Both the position numbers and the translations under genes were made by a program. Positions 1 to 7,785 of a stretch of DNA of 50,599 nucleotides are shown here, piece by piece; the first letter of the stretch is position 1, and every line of letters starts with the position of its first letter. Under the pieces are notes generated by a model, which was not told the DNA's origin, did no database searches, and saw only the letters and a program-made list of their open reading frames with translations. This DNA is from a virus (lineage: Duplodnaviria > Caudoviricetes): positions 1 through 50,599 of the IMG/VR virus record IMGVR_UViG_3300036979_000299; one strand, written 5' to 3'.

Positions 1-91
1 CCCCCCAATTCACCAGCTTTCTCTTCTCGAACAACTGTCTCCCCCACGACATTTTGTCTTGGCTGTTCTCTGCGGCGTATGTCGCGTCCCA
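1..91. repeat. 91-bp terminal direct repeat, left copy (circular assembly overlap)
   Basis: Identical to 50509-50599; lies inside a gene that reads through the join. Confidence 0.97.
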
Positions 92-895
92 TGGCATTCC
101 TCCCACTGAGTAGTGATTGTGTTTGAAAGTCAGGTGTGTCCCGTCGATGACTACTCCAGCCGCCAAAGCCCGGTGCATGTAGTCATTGTCCGCGTACATG
201 CTCTTGTACTCCGGGTAGTAGATGTACCCCCACCGATCATAGTACCGCTTGGACATGACGGCTTGCGTCTGGAGATCCTTCTGGTTTCCGTCGCTGATGA
301 ACAAGGCGAACTCCCGATCCGCATTGAACAGCACCGCATCCTGGATCGCCGTGTCCCAACAGAGGGGTGGCTCCACATCGTCCGACACGTAGATGAGAAC
401 CTTGCCTGTCGCCAACCGCGCCCCCACGTTCAACGCCTCCACGACGTTGGTGTTCGGATTGATCGCCAGCTTGAGATTCAGTTTACCAAAACCCAACTCC
501 ACCTCATGCAGGTAACTGGCGGCATCATCCGTGTCCAGCGACAGGATGTACTCGATGTCGTTGTGGCTGGAGCACCGCGTTACCCACGTCTTCATGGCGG
601 ACACCGCCTGCTGTGGCCTCCCCCTGGAGGGATGAACCAGACTGAACTTCCACCGGGTGTACCGGGTGTCCTGCATGAGCGAGAACATCCTGACTTCCGC
701 CCACACGAAGTCGGACGCATCGGGAGCCACGGGGACATGTGTTCCGTCCCCGTGGAGAATTGATCCATTCCGCGTTACGTTCGGTCTGGCCACCCTGGAT
801 CGCTCGAACATACCAATCCTTTCCTCCGCGTGTTTCTTGAAGTCGGCAGTGGTCTTGAAGACAGTCTTCCCTCCGATTCGAGAGATCTGCTTCAT
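1..895 (-). CDS. Glycosyltransferase, GT2/GT-A-like, ~300 aa; crosses the contig join and ends at 50501
   Basis: Translated by hand: MKQISRIGG...KFSLVHPSRGRP...IEYILSLDTDD...LIYVSDD...YYPEYKSMYADNDY...NWGVK*; ATGA overlaps with neighbours at both ends. Confidence 0.85.
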   Translation of the reverse strand, partial: MKQISRIGGKTVFKTTADFKKHAEERIGMFERSRVARPNVTRNGSILHGDGTHVPVAPDASDFVWAEVRMFSLMQDTRYTRWKFSLVHPSRGRPQQAVSAMKTWVTRCSSHNDIEYILSLDTDDAASYLHEVELGFGKLNLKLAINPNTNVVEALNVGARLATGKVLIYVSDDVEPPLCWDTAIQDAVLFNADREFALFISDGNQKDLQTQAVMSKRYYDRWGYIYYPEYKSMYADNDYMHRALAAGVVIDGTHLTFKHNHYSVGGMPWDATYAAENSQDKMSWGRQLFEKRKLVNWG

Positions 896-1161
896 TCTCT
901 GTCCAATGCTTCTGAGGTTTTTGTCAACCATGAAAGCAAATTGTCCGCGTGAACCATCCCGCTGTCGGTGACAAAATTAGCCTCCCGAACGTGATTCACA
1001 CCCTCGCTCAACAAGGCAACAAGCTCCTCACGAGACACACGACCTTCACGATAACAAGAGAAGTCGTTACACATGCTCCCATCATTCATACACAGTGGTC
1101 TCGGATGAACACTGAAGAATTTACAACCCGTACACGGAGTATTTCCCAATTGCTTGCTCAT
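892..1161 (-). CDS. Small Cys-rich hypothetical protein
   Basis: MSKQLGNTPCTGCKFF...C...C...C; ATGA-coupled at both ends, GAGG upstream. Confidence 0.7.
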   Translation of the reverse strand: MSKQLGNTPCTGCKFFSVHPRPLCMNDGSMCNDFSCYREGRVSREELVALLSEGVNHVREANFVTDSGMVHADNLLSWLTKTSEALDRE

Positions 1162-2279
1162 CGAAGCACCTCTTTCACTTTGTTCACGATGGTCTCCGGT
1201 TGAATGGACGCCAAGGCGTGACACCACTTGATCTGCTCCTTGGGCAGCTTCCACGCATCCTTGCACTGCTCGGTCGGGAGATGGAAGTTGTGGTCCCGGC
1301 ACGGACTGTGCGGACACGTCCCCCGGAGCGGCGTGTTATTCGGGTAGTACAACATCCGGTCATTCGGGTGGAAGAGACCCCACAGCGAAACAACCGGCGT
1401 GTCCGGGAAGCAAGCGGCCAAGTGCATAATGCTGCTGTCCGGGCAGATGATCACGCTGGCGAACTCAACAAACGGAATCAGATCCCGGAACGATTTGGTC
1501 TGGTCCACGAGCGACACCACCCGCTTCTCCCACGTCACCATGGAATCAACCGCGCTCTTGAACTCGGAGTTCAGATTCGTTCCCACCAGAACGATCTTCC
1601 ACGACTCGTCGAACTCCGCACACAACTCCGCGACCAACTCCTTCGTCTCACCAGGGGGGTAAGCCCGGTTCAGGTTGTTGGGGCACAGGTGAATCAGGAT
1701 GAACTTGTCCTCGGGATGGAATCCCAGTTCGTTGAATCGGATGTAGTCATCCGGCATCGGCTTGATGTATGGGCGCTTGAACTGCCGGGGCACATCCCAG
1801 AACCCGATGAAGTTGAACATATCATCGTAGCAATTATGTTGGTCCGGCTCGCTGTTCGACTCCAGCATCCCCTCAAAGAAGATGTGGTAATCATAGGCGG
1901 ACAGAATCTCCGAGTGCATAGGAAGAGGGAGGGCGCACCCCTCCACGAACTCATTACCCAGCCACAGGTCCATCACGTTTTTGTGGCAGTACATGTGAAC
2001 CGTGGCATCCGGGTACAGGGTCTTGATATATCGAGGCACCGCCGAAGCGATGAGTTGGTCTCCGCAAGCGTTGTGCCGATAGATCACCACCCGTTTCCCA
2101 TTCAAGTCCTGACCGCTGTACCGTCGCTCATACGAGTTCAAGGATGACCACCTGAACTGAGTGGCCGGACTCTGATTGATGAGTTCATCCAGCTCGTAAT
2201 CACTGACGATGTACCGGACGTAGGGATGGAAGAACGAGTCCGGAGTCTTAAGGAGCCTATTTGAAGTAACCAGTCTCAT
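1158..2279 (-). CDS. Glycosyltransferase family 9 (heptosyltransferase-like, GT-B)
   Basis: RHNACGDQLIAS, IICPDSSIMHLAA, PVVSLWG, CPHSPC motifs typical of WaaF/RfaF-like proteins. Confidence 0.9.
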   Translation of the reverse strand: MRLVTSNRLLKTPDSFFHPYVRYIVSDYELDELINQSPATQFRWSSLNSYERRYSGQDLNGKRVVIYRHNACGDQLIASAVPRYIKTLYPDATVHMYCHKNVMDLWLGNEFVEGCALPLPMHSEILSAYDYHIFFEGMLESNSEPDQHNCYDDMFNFIGFWDVPRQFKRPYIKPMPDDYIRFNELGFHPEDKFILIHLCPNNLNRAYPPGETKELVAELCAEFDESWKIVLVGTNLNSEFKSAVDSMVTWEKRVVSLVDQTKSFRDLIPFVEFASVIICPDSSIMHLAACFPDTPVVSLWGLFHPNDRMLYYPNNTPLRGTCPHSPCRDHNFHLPTEQCKDAWKLPKEQIKWCHALASIQPETIVNKVKEVLR

Positions 2280-2536
2280 TTCTTTTCCTCCGGTTTCACT
2301 CCATCGAATACGAACTTGAACACGTTCTCTATCGTCATGGCCATGGCCAGCGTAGACACCAAGCAGTTCGCTTTCGCATCGTCCATCACTTTGTGGACAC
2401 CCTGAATCAGAGGAAGCACCTGAGCCATTCGCTCCTTCGTGATGAGGGCTTGGACCAACTGCTTGTTCATGTCCCGATAGACCGACAGGATCTCTCCAAG
2501 TTCGTCCGGCTGACTGGGGGTAGGTTCATTACTCAT
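2276..2536 (-). CDS. Hypothetical protein
   Basis: 86-aa ORF, AAGGAG RBS, coupled to the GT9 gene. Confidence 0.75.
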   Translation of the reverse strand: MSNEPTPSQPDELGEILSVYRDMNKQLVQALITKERMAQVLPLIQGVHKVMDDAKANCLVSTLAMAMTIENVFKFVFDGVKPEEKK

Positions 2537-3347
2537 TGCTTGACTCCTTTTCTGTAGGCTCGGGTTCTATATCGACACTTGTACCGACTCCAAAACGTTC
2601 CCTGTACATTTCCCTCTTTTTCTTGATCTCTTCTATCGTGAGCTGCGCGTCTACGTTTCGCTTTTGCTGCTCGCCGACAAGCTTCAAAGAATCTAAGTGC
2701 AGCTTCCTCCGACGGGAAGCTATCCGGTCCGCCATCTCGGTTTCTTTCGTTATGCTTCCCGAGACTCCGTCGTACAAAACTTTTTGATCCATCATCGTAA
2801 CGATAGCTTCGTTGAAATTTCTTTTTTGCTCGGTGATTAGCTTCTGTGGCACGGAGAGGACTATGGATACGTCCACGTTCAGTTTTTCGGCAATCTCGCC
2901 AGGGAGATATCCCGCCGCCCTTAAGCAGGCGATGACGTTTTCCACACCACTTGCAGGGACGAATCGAAACTGCGTAGCACCAATGTCCTCCCAATGCTTT
3001 TGTGCGAGCGCGACGCTGGATTGCTCGACTAACTTCGCGGTTTCGTTGTCCTGCATATTTCTCAGGGCCAGCTTCTCTAAGCCCTCCTGGTACAAAACGC
3101 GCTTTTTCCGCATAGTAATCTGTCGCTTCTCGGCCCTCCGGAGAGCAAGGACTTTCTCCCGACTCCCAGCCTGGAGTGCTTCGAGATGCGCCAATACCTG
3201 TCGGCGTCGGCCATCGCTCAATTGTGACCAGAGGAAGTTTCTCACCCCACTTCCATTCGGAGCGAGGTACGGGGTAACGGAGGTAATGCGGCGGAGCCAT
3301 CGTCCGAAGCCCAAACCTCGAAAGAATTTCGCGTGTCCCCTCAGCAT
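2529..3347 (-). CDS. HTH-containing protein, candidate terminase small subunit
   Basis: CLRAAGYLPGEIAEKLNVDVSIV HTH-like segment, helical C-terminal half, GGAG RBS; start could be 3113. Confidence 0.55.
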   Translation of the reverse strand: MLRGHAKFFRGLGFGRWLRRITSVTPYLAPNGSGVRNFLWSQLSDGRRRQVLAHLEALQAGSREKVLALRRAEKRQITMRKKRVLYQEGLEKLALRNMQDNETAKLVEQSSVALAQKHWEDIGATQFRFVPASGVENVIACLRAAGYLPGEIAEKLNVDVSIVLSVPQKLITEQKRNFNEAIVTMMDQKVLYDGVSGSITKETEMADRIASRRRKLHLDSLKLVGEQQKRNVDAQLTIEEIKKKREMYRERFGVGTSVDIEPEPTEKESSNE

Positions 3348-3606
3348 ACTTCTCTCCTTTCAACTTCATCACGTAGATCTGAAACCGGACCTGAGGCGTC
3401 CCCCTGTCCGTAACCTTTGACATGAAGTGCAAGGTCTTGATAATCCCAAGCTGATATGCGAAACAGTACAGCTTCAGTTTGAAACGCTTGTACCGGCTCA
3501 CCCGCTTCGTGAAGTGCAGAATGTCCCCCGGCTTCAGACTCCACAACGCATCCCGGAGTCTTCTGGACATCGGACCGCACCAGAATTTGGCTCCCCTCTT
3601 GCCCAT
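2533..3606 (-). CDS. Basic hypothetical protein overlapping 2529-3347 in another frame
   Basis: First ~85 codons show the G/C-ending codon bias of this genome; frame stays open for 357 aa. Confidence 0.5.
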   Translation of the reverse strand: MGKRGAKFWCGPMSRRLRDALWSLKPGDILHFTKRVSRYKRFKLKLYCFAYQLGIIKTLHFMSKVTDRGTPQVRFQIYVMKLKGEKYAEGTREILSRFGLRTMAPPHYLRYPVPRSEWKWGEKLPLVTIERWPTPTGIGASRSTPGWESGESPCSPEGREATDYYAEKARFVPGGLREAGPEKYAGQRNREVSRAIQRRARTKALGGHWCYAVSIRPCKWCGKRHRLLKGGGISPWRDCRKTERGRIHSPLRATEANHRAKKKFQRSYRYDDGSKSFVRRSLGKHNERNRDGGPDSFPSEEAALRFFEACRRAAKAKRRRAAHDRRDQEKEGNVQGTFWSRYKCRYRTRAYRKGVKQ

Positions 3607-3668
3607 GGTTCATTGTCCTCTCCCCATATGAGATCGGAAGAAGTCATCGTTGTAGATGTGCTCGTTCA

Positions 3669-4019
3669 TCAGCAAGATCTCATTTCCCACTTCTTGATTT
3701 CACACACTCGGTGCATGAACTCTCGCAAGTGATCCGTGTTCATCCAGGTTTTACCAGCCAGATGTTTTACCCAGAACAACAAGTTCATGTGAGTCTTGAT
3801 TCGATCCAGATCCACTTCATAGGGATATTGAATCGAAATGGTCAACGTATTCATTTTCTTGTCGTATGTGAAGTGGGCATCCATCATCTTATCATGCTCT
3901 ATCCCCCACTTCCTGAGCGTACCCAAGGTCCACCTTGATCCACAAACCTTCCCCTTGATCTTGAATTCGGCAGCCGCTTCCAGTTTCTTCATCTTCGTAT
4001 CATCAAACTTCTTCTTCAT
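3669..4019 (-). CDS. Hypothetical protein
   Basis: MKKKFDDTK...YPYEVDLDRI...WVKHLAGKTW; purine-rich RBS upstream. Confidence 0.7.
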   Translation of the reverse strand: MKKKFDDTKMKKLEAAAEFKIKGKVCGSRWTLGTLRKWGIEHDKMMDAHFTYDKKMNTLTISIQYPYEVDLDRIKTHMNLLFWVKHLAGKTWMNTDHLREFMHRVCEIKKWEMRSC

Positions 4020-4111
4020 TTGCTTCCCCTGTTTTTTAAGGATCGGCAGGTTGGACAAACCTCCAACAGAGGCCCGGAGCCTTGCGTACCATCCGGCAGC
4101 CTGCCGACCCA

Positions 4112-5206
4112 TTAAACCAACGAGATCACGGCATTGCGTCCCACCCCTGTCTGGATGAACGTCTTCGATTGTAACAGATCCGCGATCAGTTCACGGACCT
4201 TGCCCTCTGACAATTTCTTGAGGAACAACGGACAATCCGGATCGTCCTGCATCTTTCTCCTCGGGGGAAGAGCGTGATCCGGTTTTTTTCTGGCGAAATC
4301 AACCATAGCCGCTCTGGTATCCGTACCGTCCACAACTCGGGGATTAAACTCAACCGGCTTCCAGTACGGCAGCTTCCTGTCCCCCGACTGTTCGATGTAG
4401 AACTCCGACAACTCGTTTCCCTTCTCGTCCACACCCAAGGCGTCGTTGGGTTTCGGGCATGAGAACCGATAAGCCCTCAAGTGACCCGTTTGTTTTTTCT
4501 TGTTGGATTCCGGGGACAACACGGAGATCACCCTGAGCCAGTTCGTCATTCTCGCCGTCCCTGCGATCATGTACTGCTCCAGATAATTGTCATCGTTCCG
4601 CATCTTCAACTTGTTCGTGTGGTTCAGCAGGAACAGGGAGAAGTTGTACTTCTCCATGAACGCATCCATCTGATTGGTCCACTCCTTGCACACCTTGTCG
4701 TCCGAGATTCCGCCTTCCGGCATGAAACTCTGATACGGGTCCACGATCAGAACTTCCGGACCGTAGCTGTCGGAGAACTCTTCCACGGCTTTGTAGAACT
4801 CATCACCCATGACACCCCGCAACCAGTGAGCGTGAAACGTATCCGATGGAACTTTGTCCAAGGACAGGTAGTGCTTGATTCCCTCGTGGTTCTTTTTCAT
4901 CACGCGGTATGAGTTCTCAGCCTGCAACAGCAGCACCCGACACTTCTGCTTCACCTGAATTCGTCCTAGCAGGGGGGAGCCCACAGCGAGGCTGATCGCC
5001 ACCTGTTGAGCCAGGACGGACTTGCCCATGCTGGAACCGGCAACCAGGCTTGTGGGGAGACCGCGCTCCAGGAAGTACTCTCCTGCCAGGTTGTCTTTTT
5101 TGTTGGGGGTGTATTCCCTGAGGAACTTATCCGTTATCGGGGGGAATCTTTCGAGGAAGGTTTTTTTGGGGGGGTTCTGTTCGGACTGCTGGGTTTTGTC
5201 GTTCAT
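4112..5206 (-). CDS. RepA-like (AAA_25, RecA-fold) helicase/ATPase
   Basis: Walker A AGSSMGKS, LLLQAEN, Walker B LIVDP, LLNHTNK. Confidence 0.85.
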   Translation of the reverse strand: MNDKTQQSEQNPPKKTFLERFPPITDKFLREYTPNKKDNLAGEYFLERGLPTSLVAGSSMGKSVLAQQVAISLAVGSPLLGRIQVKQKCRVLLLQAENSYRVMKKNHEGIKHYLSLDKVPSDTFHAHWLRGVMGDEFYKAVEEFSDSYGPEVLIVDPYQSFMPEGGISDDKVCKEWTNQMDAFMEKYNFSLFLLNHTNKLKMRNDDNYLEQYMIAGTARMTNWLRVISVLSPESNKKKQTGHLRAYRFSCPKPNDALGVDEKGNELSEFYIEQSGDRKLPYWKPVEFNPRVVDGTDTRAAMVDFARKKPDHALPPRRKMQDDPDCPLFLKKLSEGKVRELIADLLQSKTFIQTGVGRNAVISLV

Positions 5207-5292
5207 CTCACTCACTCGCTTTCTCGTCGCGGTCACGTGTTGGACTTTGTCAGAGTCTTGATCGTCGAACCTATTCGACTATCACGGCGGAC

Positions 5293-5321
5293 AGTCTGGA
5301 TTATTTTTCCGATTTTGTCAA
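5293..5321 (-). promoter_or_regulatory. Leftward sigma70-type promoter
   Basis: TTGACA-17 bp-CAGACT on the minus strand with an upstream A-tract (T run at 5327-5337). Confidence 0.65.
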
Positions 5322-5378
5322 CACGCTTTTTTTTTTCTTCAACCCAAAGTCGATCTTGTCGGACTGGGAAAAAATCGT

Positions 5379-5508
5379 ATTGGGTTATTGGGCGGATTGG
5401 GTGCCCTAAGAGGGCATCCTAACGGCAAACCCAATATCCGCCCAAAGATTACACCCATTGGGTTTGGGATAAATCCCAATTTACCCAATGTTACCCAATC
5501 ACCCAATA
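5379..5508. repeat. Cluster of TTGGG/CCCAA direct and nested inverted repeats
   Basis: About a dozen CCCAA/TTGGG units; TTGGGCGGATTGGG pairs with CCCAATATCCGCCCAA and ATTGGGTTATTGGG with CCCAATCACCCAAT. Confidence 0.8.
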
Positions 5509-5686
5509 AGCTGTCAGAGGGGGGCTTGACAAGAGGCGAAATAATTTCAGAGTGATCTCCCCAAGAGAGAGGGTCCGATCTCCCTATAGCGCGAGTCACC
5601 GTTTGCGTCCCGGTTTTGGGTTCGGGGTGTGGTCAATTGATAGCATTGCAATGCTACTCTCTCTCCCTTCACCCCCTCACTCACTG

Positions 5687-5768
5687 TGTTACACATGATG
5701 TGATACATTGATGTTACACATGATGTGACACATTGAATTTGATGTGACACATTGAGGTGATACATTGG
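5687..5768. repeat. Six tandem 12-13 bp iteron-like repeats (TGTKAYACA(T)TGA)
   Basis: Units at 5687, 5699, 5712, 5724, 5743, 5756; 25-bp higher-order duplication 5687-5736. Confidence 0.9.
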
Positions 5769-5910
5769 TCAGAGTGTGCACTTCGGACTGCACCTTCTCT
5801 CTCCGCATCCTGGGATTGTAAACCATGCAAGACCGGGTAGGTTTACAATGGAGCCTATGTATCTACAATGTATATCCCTACCCGTACGTGATACCGTACG
5901 CGGTACACCT

Positions 5911-5931
5911 CAAGTAAAGTACACTTTACTT
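5911..5931. promoter_or_regulatory. Palindromic element copy 1
   Basis: CAAGTAAAG-TACA-CTTTACTT, 15 bp upstream of the -35 box. Confidence 0.8.
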
Positions 5932-5946
5932 TTCTCTTATAACCTA

Positions 5947-5975
5947 TTGACAATAACAACAGACTATGAGATACT
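5947..5975 (+). promoter_or_regulatory. Early rightward sigma70-type promoter
   Basis: TTGACA-17 bp-GATACT with TGn extension. Confidence 0.75.
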
Positions 5976-5999
5976 CTAATCATCGGTAAGAGAACCAAT

Positions 6000-6034
6000 G
6001 CCGGGCGACTGGCGGAAAGGTGGAGAGTATGAGA
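6000..6034 (+). repeat. Hairpin-RBS-start module copy 1
   Basis: GCCGG-GCGA-CTGGC GGAAAGGTGGAGAGTATGAGA; related copies at 6178 and 8055. Confidence 0.8.
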
Positions 6035-6178
6035 ATCATATGCGAACGGTGGACGCGGGACATTGACGGTATTAGGGGATTCGATTTTGGTATCTTGTGG
6101 TTCAAGAAAGACTTCCCAGGATTTCGGAGAGTGTTCTTGCGTTTTGTAGATGGCAGAGTCCGTCTACACACAGCATAG
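6029..6178 (+). CDS. Small early protein, 49 aa (not in ORF track)
   Basis: MRIICERWTRDIDGIRGFDFGILWFKK...RLHTA*; first ORF after the promoter, strong RBS. Confidence 0.6.
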   Translation: MRIICERWTRDIDGIRGFDFGILWFKKDFPGFRRVFLRFVDGRVRLHTA

Positions 6179-6215
6179 CCGGGCGAACCGGCAGAAAGGT
6201 GGGTGAAGTATGAGA
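6178..6215 (+). repeat. Hairpin-RBS-start module copy 2
   Basis: GCCGG-GCGAA-CCGGC AGAAAGGTGGGTGAAGTATGAGA. Confidence 0.8.
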
Positions 6216-6416
6216 AAGGATCTAGTACTTAGCTTTGCCTACAGAGATTTGAGACTACGGGTAATTGCCTACGATGACGCTTACCTGCTCATCATATCTC
6301 TGCTGGCCGATGGGCGGGAGATTGTACGGAAAGAGTTTATAGATCCTCTGTCAATCTTGGGATACTTGACAGAGACCTATTTGAGAAATCGGTTATCTTA
6401 TACCTATCTAGTCTAA
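6210..6416 (+). CDS. Small early hypothetical protein
   Basis: 68-aa ORF behind module copy 2. Confidence 0.65.
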   Translation: MRKDLVLSFAYRDLRLRVIAYDDAYLLIISLLADGREIVRKEFIDPLSILGYLTETYLRNRLSYTYLV

Positions 6417-6500
6417 CAACAAGGCGAAATATGGGGAACCGTCCCCATATCGTGGCGTTATGCGCCACCTGAAGATGCCTAGCATAACAGTTTGATTTTT

Positions 6501-6513
6501 GCTCATTGAAAAC
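6501..6513 (+). promoter_or_regulatory. boxA-like antitermination motif
   Basis: GCTCATTGAAAAC resembles rrn/nut boxA; second copy GTTCATTGACAAC at 7603-7615. Confidence 0.5.
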
Positions 6514-6532
6514 TAAATCGGGTAGCATGATC
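6510..6532. repeat. Left arm of 23-bp inverted repeat
   Basis: AAACTAAATCGGGTAGCATGATC; 21/23 match to reverse complement of 7368-7390, perfect 16-bp core. Confidence 0.92.
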
Positions 6533-6552
6533 GAATCCTACAAAGGAATATC

Positions 6553-7320
6553 ATGCAAACAGATACCAATACAGAAGAGACCGAAATCACGTTGTCTGAG
6601 ACCACAAGCAAGGCGCTAATCGGGGCATTGGACGCCACGATCAAGACTTCCCTGGGTGTAGCTAAAGCGCTCCGTGATTGTTTCACGGAGTTGCTTCCAG
6701 CCCTTCCTTGGAAGGACGGAAAGTGCACTCTCACGGGAGCCAAGGCAACGAAAGCCTTGCCGGAAGTACAGTCCGCCACAAAGGTAATTAACGATATGCT
6801 CCTCAAGCATGATCGTTTTACCGTGGAAGGCGAGAAAGCGGATACCGTCAAGTTGTCGGATTCTATCCGAAATCAGATCGGTCAAGCTAAGAACGCGCTA
6901 GGATTGCCTAAGCGCAAGATTGACCGATCAGCAGGTGCAGCGGCACGGAAAGCCGAGAAGGCGCGACTGGAAGCCGAAGCAAAGGCCAAGGCTAACGGCG
7001 GCGACGCCACAATGTCAGCAGAAGCCGCAAGTGTCATACTGACAACAGCAGCTCAGATGGAACGTGCATCCTGGTCGCCGGATATCATCCGGCATGAGCT
7101 GGCGCAGTGCCTGATTGCGTTGGCTAGCCTGCAAGCGGGACATGACGCGGTAATCGAACACGTCAATCGCGCTCTGCAAGAGGCAGGGTGCGGTGAGTTG
7201 GCAATCGTTGCCAAGCCGAAAGCGGCTCCTGAGAAAGCGGTGAATAAGGAGGACCGAAAGGAAATGATGCGGCGCTTGAACGAGATGAAGGATCTCGAAG
7301 ATAGGCTTGCCGCAGGCTGA
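6553..7320 (+). CDS. Ala/Lys-rich early protein of unknown function
   Basis: 255-aa ORF, AAAGGA RBS, followed by its own terminator. Confidence 0.85.
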   Translation: MQTDTNTEETEITLSETTSKALIGALDATIKTSLGVAKALRDCFTELLPALPWKDGKCTLTGAKATKALPEVQSATKVINDMLLKHDRFTVEGEKADTVKLSDSIRNQIGQAKNALGLPKRKIDRSAGAAARKAEKARLEAEAKAKANGGDATMSAEAASVILTTAAQMERASWSPDIIRHELAQCLIALASLQAGHDAVIEHVNRALQEAGCGELAIVAKPKAAPEKAVNKEDRKEMMRRLNEMKDLEDRLAAG

Positions 7321-7367
7321 ATACCGAGAGATACGATACGATACTGAACAAAACAGAATAAGACCAG

Positions 7368-7390
7368 GATCATGCTACCCGATGAAGTTT
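7368..7390. repeat. Right arm of 23-bp inverted repeat
   Basis: GATCATGCTACCCGATGAAGTTT, complementary to 6510-6532. Confidence 0.92.
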
Positions 7391-7421
7391 AACCCGTGGG
7401 AAAGTTTCCACGGGTTTTTTA
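7391..7421 (+). terminator. Rho-independent terminator
   Basis: AACCCGTGGGAA-loop-TTTCCACGGGTT stem followed by a T run. Confidence 0.85.
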
Positions 7422-7482
7422 TTTCCCCCTCACCGTGATTTTCCCGTGGGAACGATTTATTGCCCCTCAAGAAAAAAATCCT

Positions 7483-7510
7483 TTGTCTCATAGAACCTAT
7501 ATGTTATAGT
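7483..7510 (+). promoter_or_regulatory. Second early promoter (extended -10)
   Basis: TTGTCT-16 bp-TATAGT with TGn and an upstream A-tract. Confidence 0.6.
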
Positions 7511-7578
7511 ATGTATAGTGGTAGATGGAGACAGTCGCTCACTTATGGGATGAGGCAAAACGGCTCCTGCATCGCCGA

Positions 7579-7600
7579 CAAGTAAAGGCGACTTTACTTG
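7579..7600. promoter_or_regulatory. Palindromic element copy 2
   Basis: CAAGTAAAG-GCGA-CTTTACTTG. Confidence 0.8.
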
Positions 7601-7785
7601 GCGTTCATTGACAACATAGTGCGGAATGCCGATGACAAGGCTACCGCCATGTGACGCATGATAGCGTCAACGAGTGAAATGGATTGCCCATTCCGTCCTG
7701 GCATAGCACCCAAGGGTGCAACGTGCGGAGTGAAGGGGCGATTCAGCAGGGGGGCGGTAACACGCCCCCCTGATTAGGGCAGGGT

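Noticed and set aside
1-91. Terminal repeat as a biological DTR or att site
   Set aside because: It lies inside a continuous, coupled gene, which fits an assembly overlap
113-2147. Plus-strand ORFs 113-763 and 1200-2147
   Set aside because: Antisense shadows of G/C-ending-codon-rich glycosyltransferase genes, with no recognisable motifs
3341-3669. Alternative coupled ORFs 3610-3669 (MNEHIYNDDFF...) and 3341-3613
   Set aside because: Overlap geometry is plausible, but codon bias favours the frame starting at 3606; not enough support to call
6510-7390. IS element or transposon suggested by the inverted repeats
   Set aside because: The enclosed protein has no DDE, HUH or recombinase motif and I see no target-site duplication
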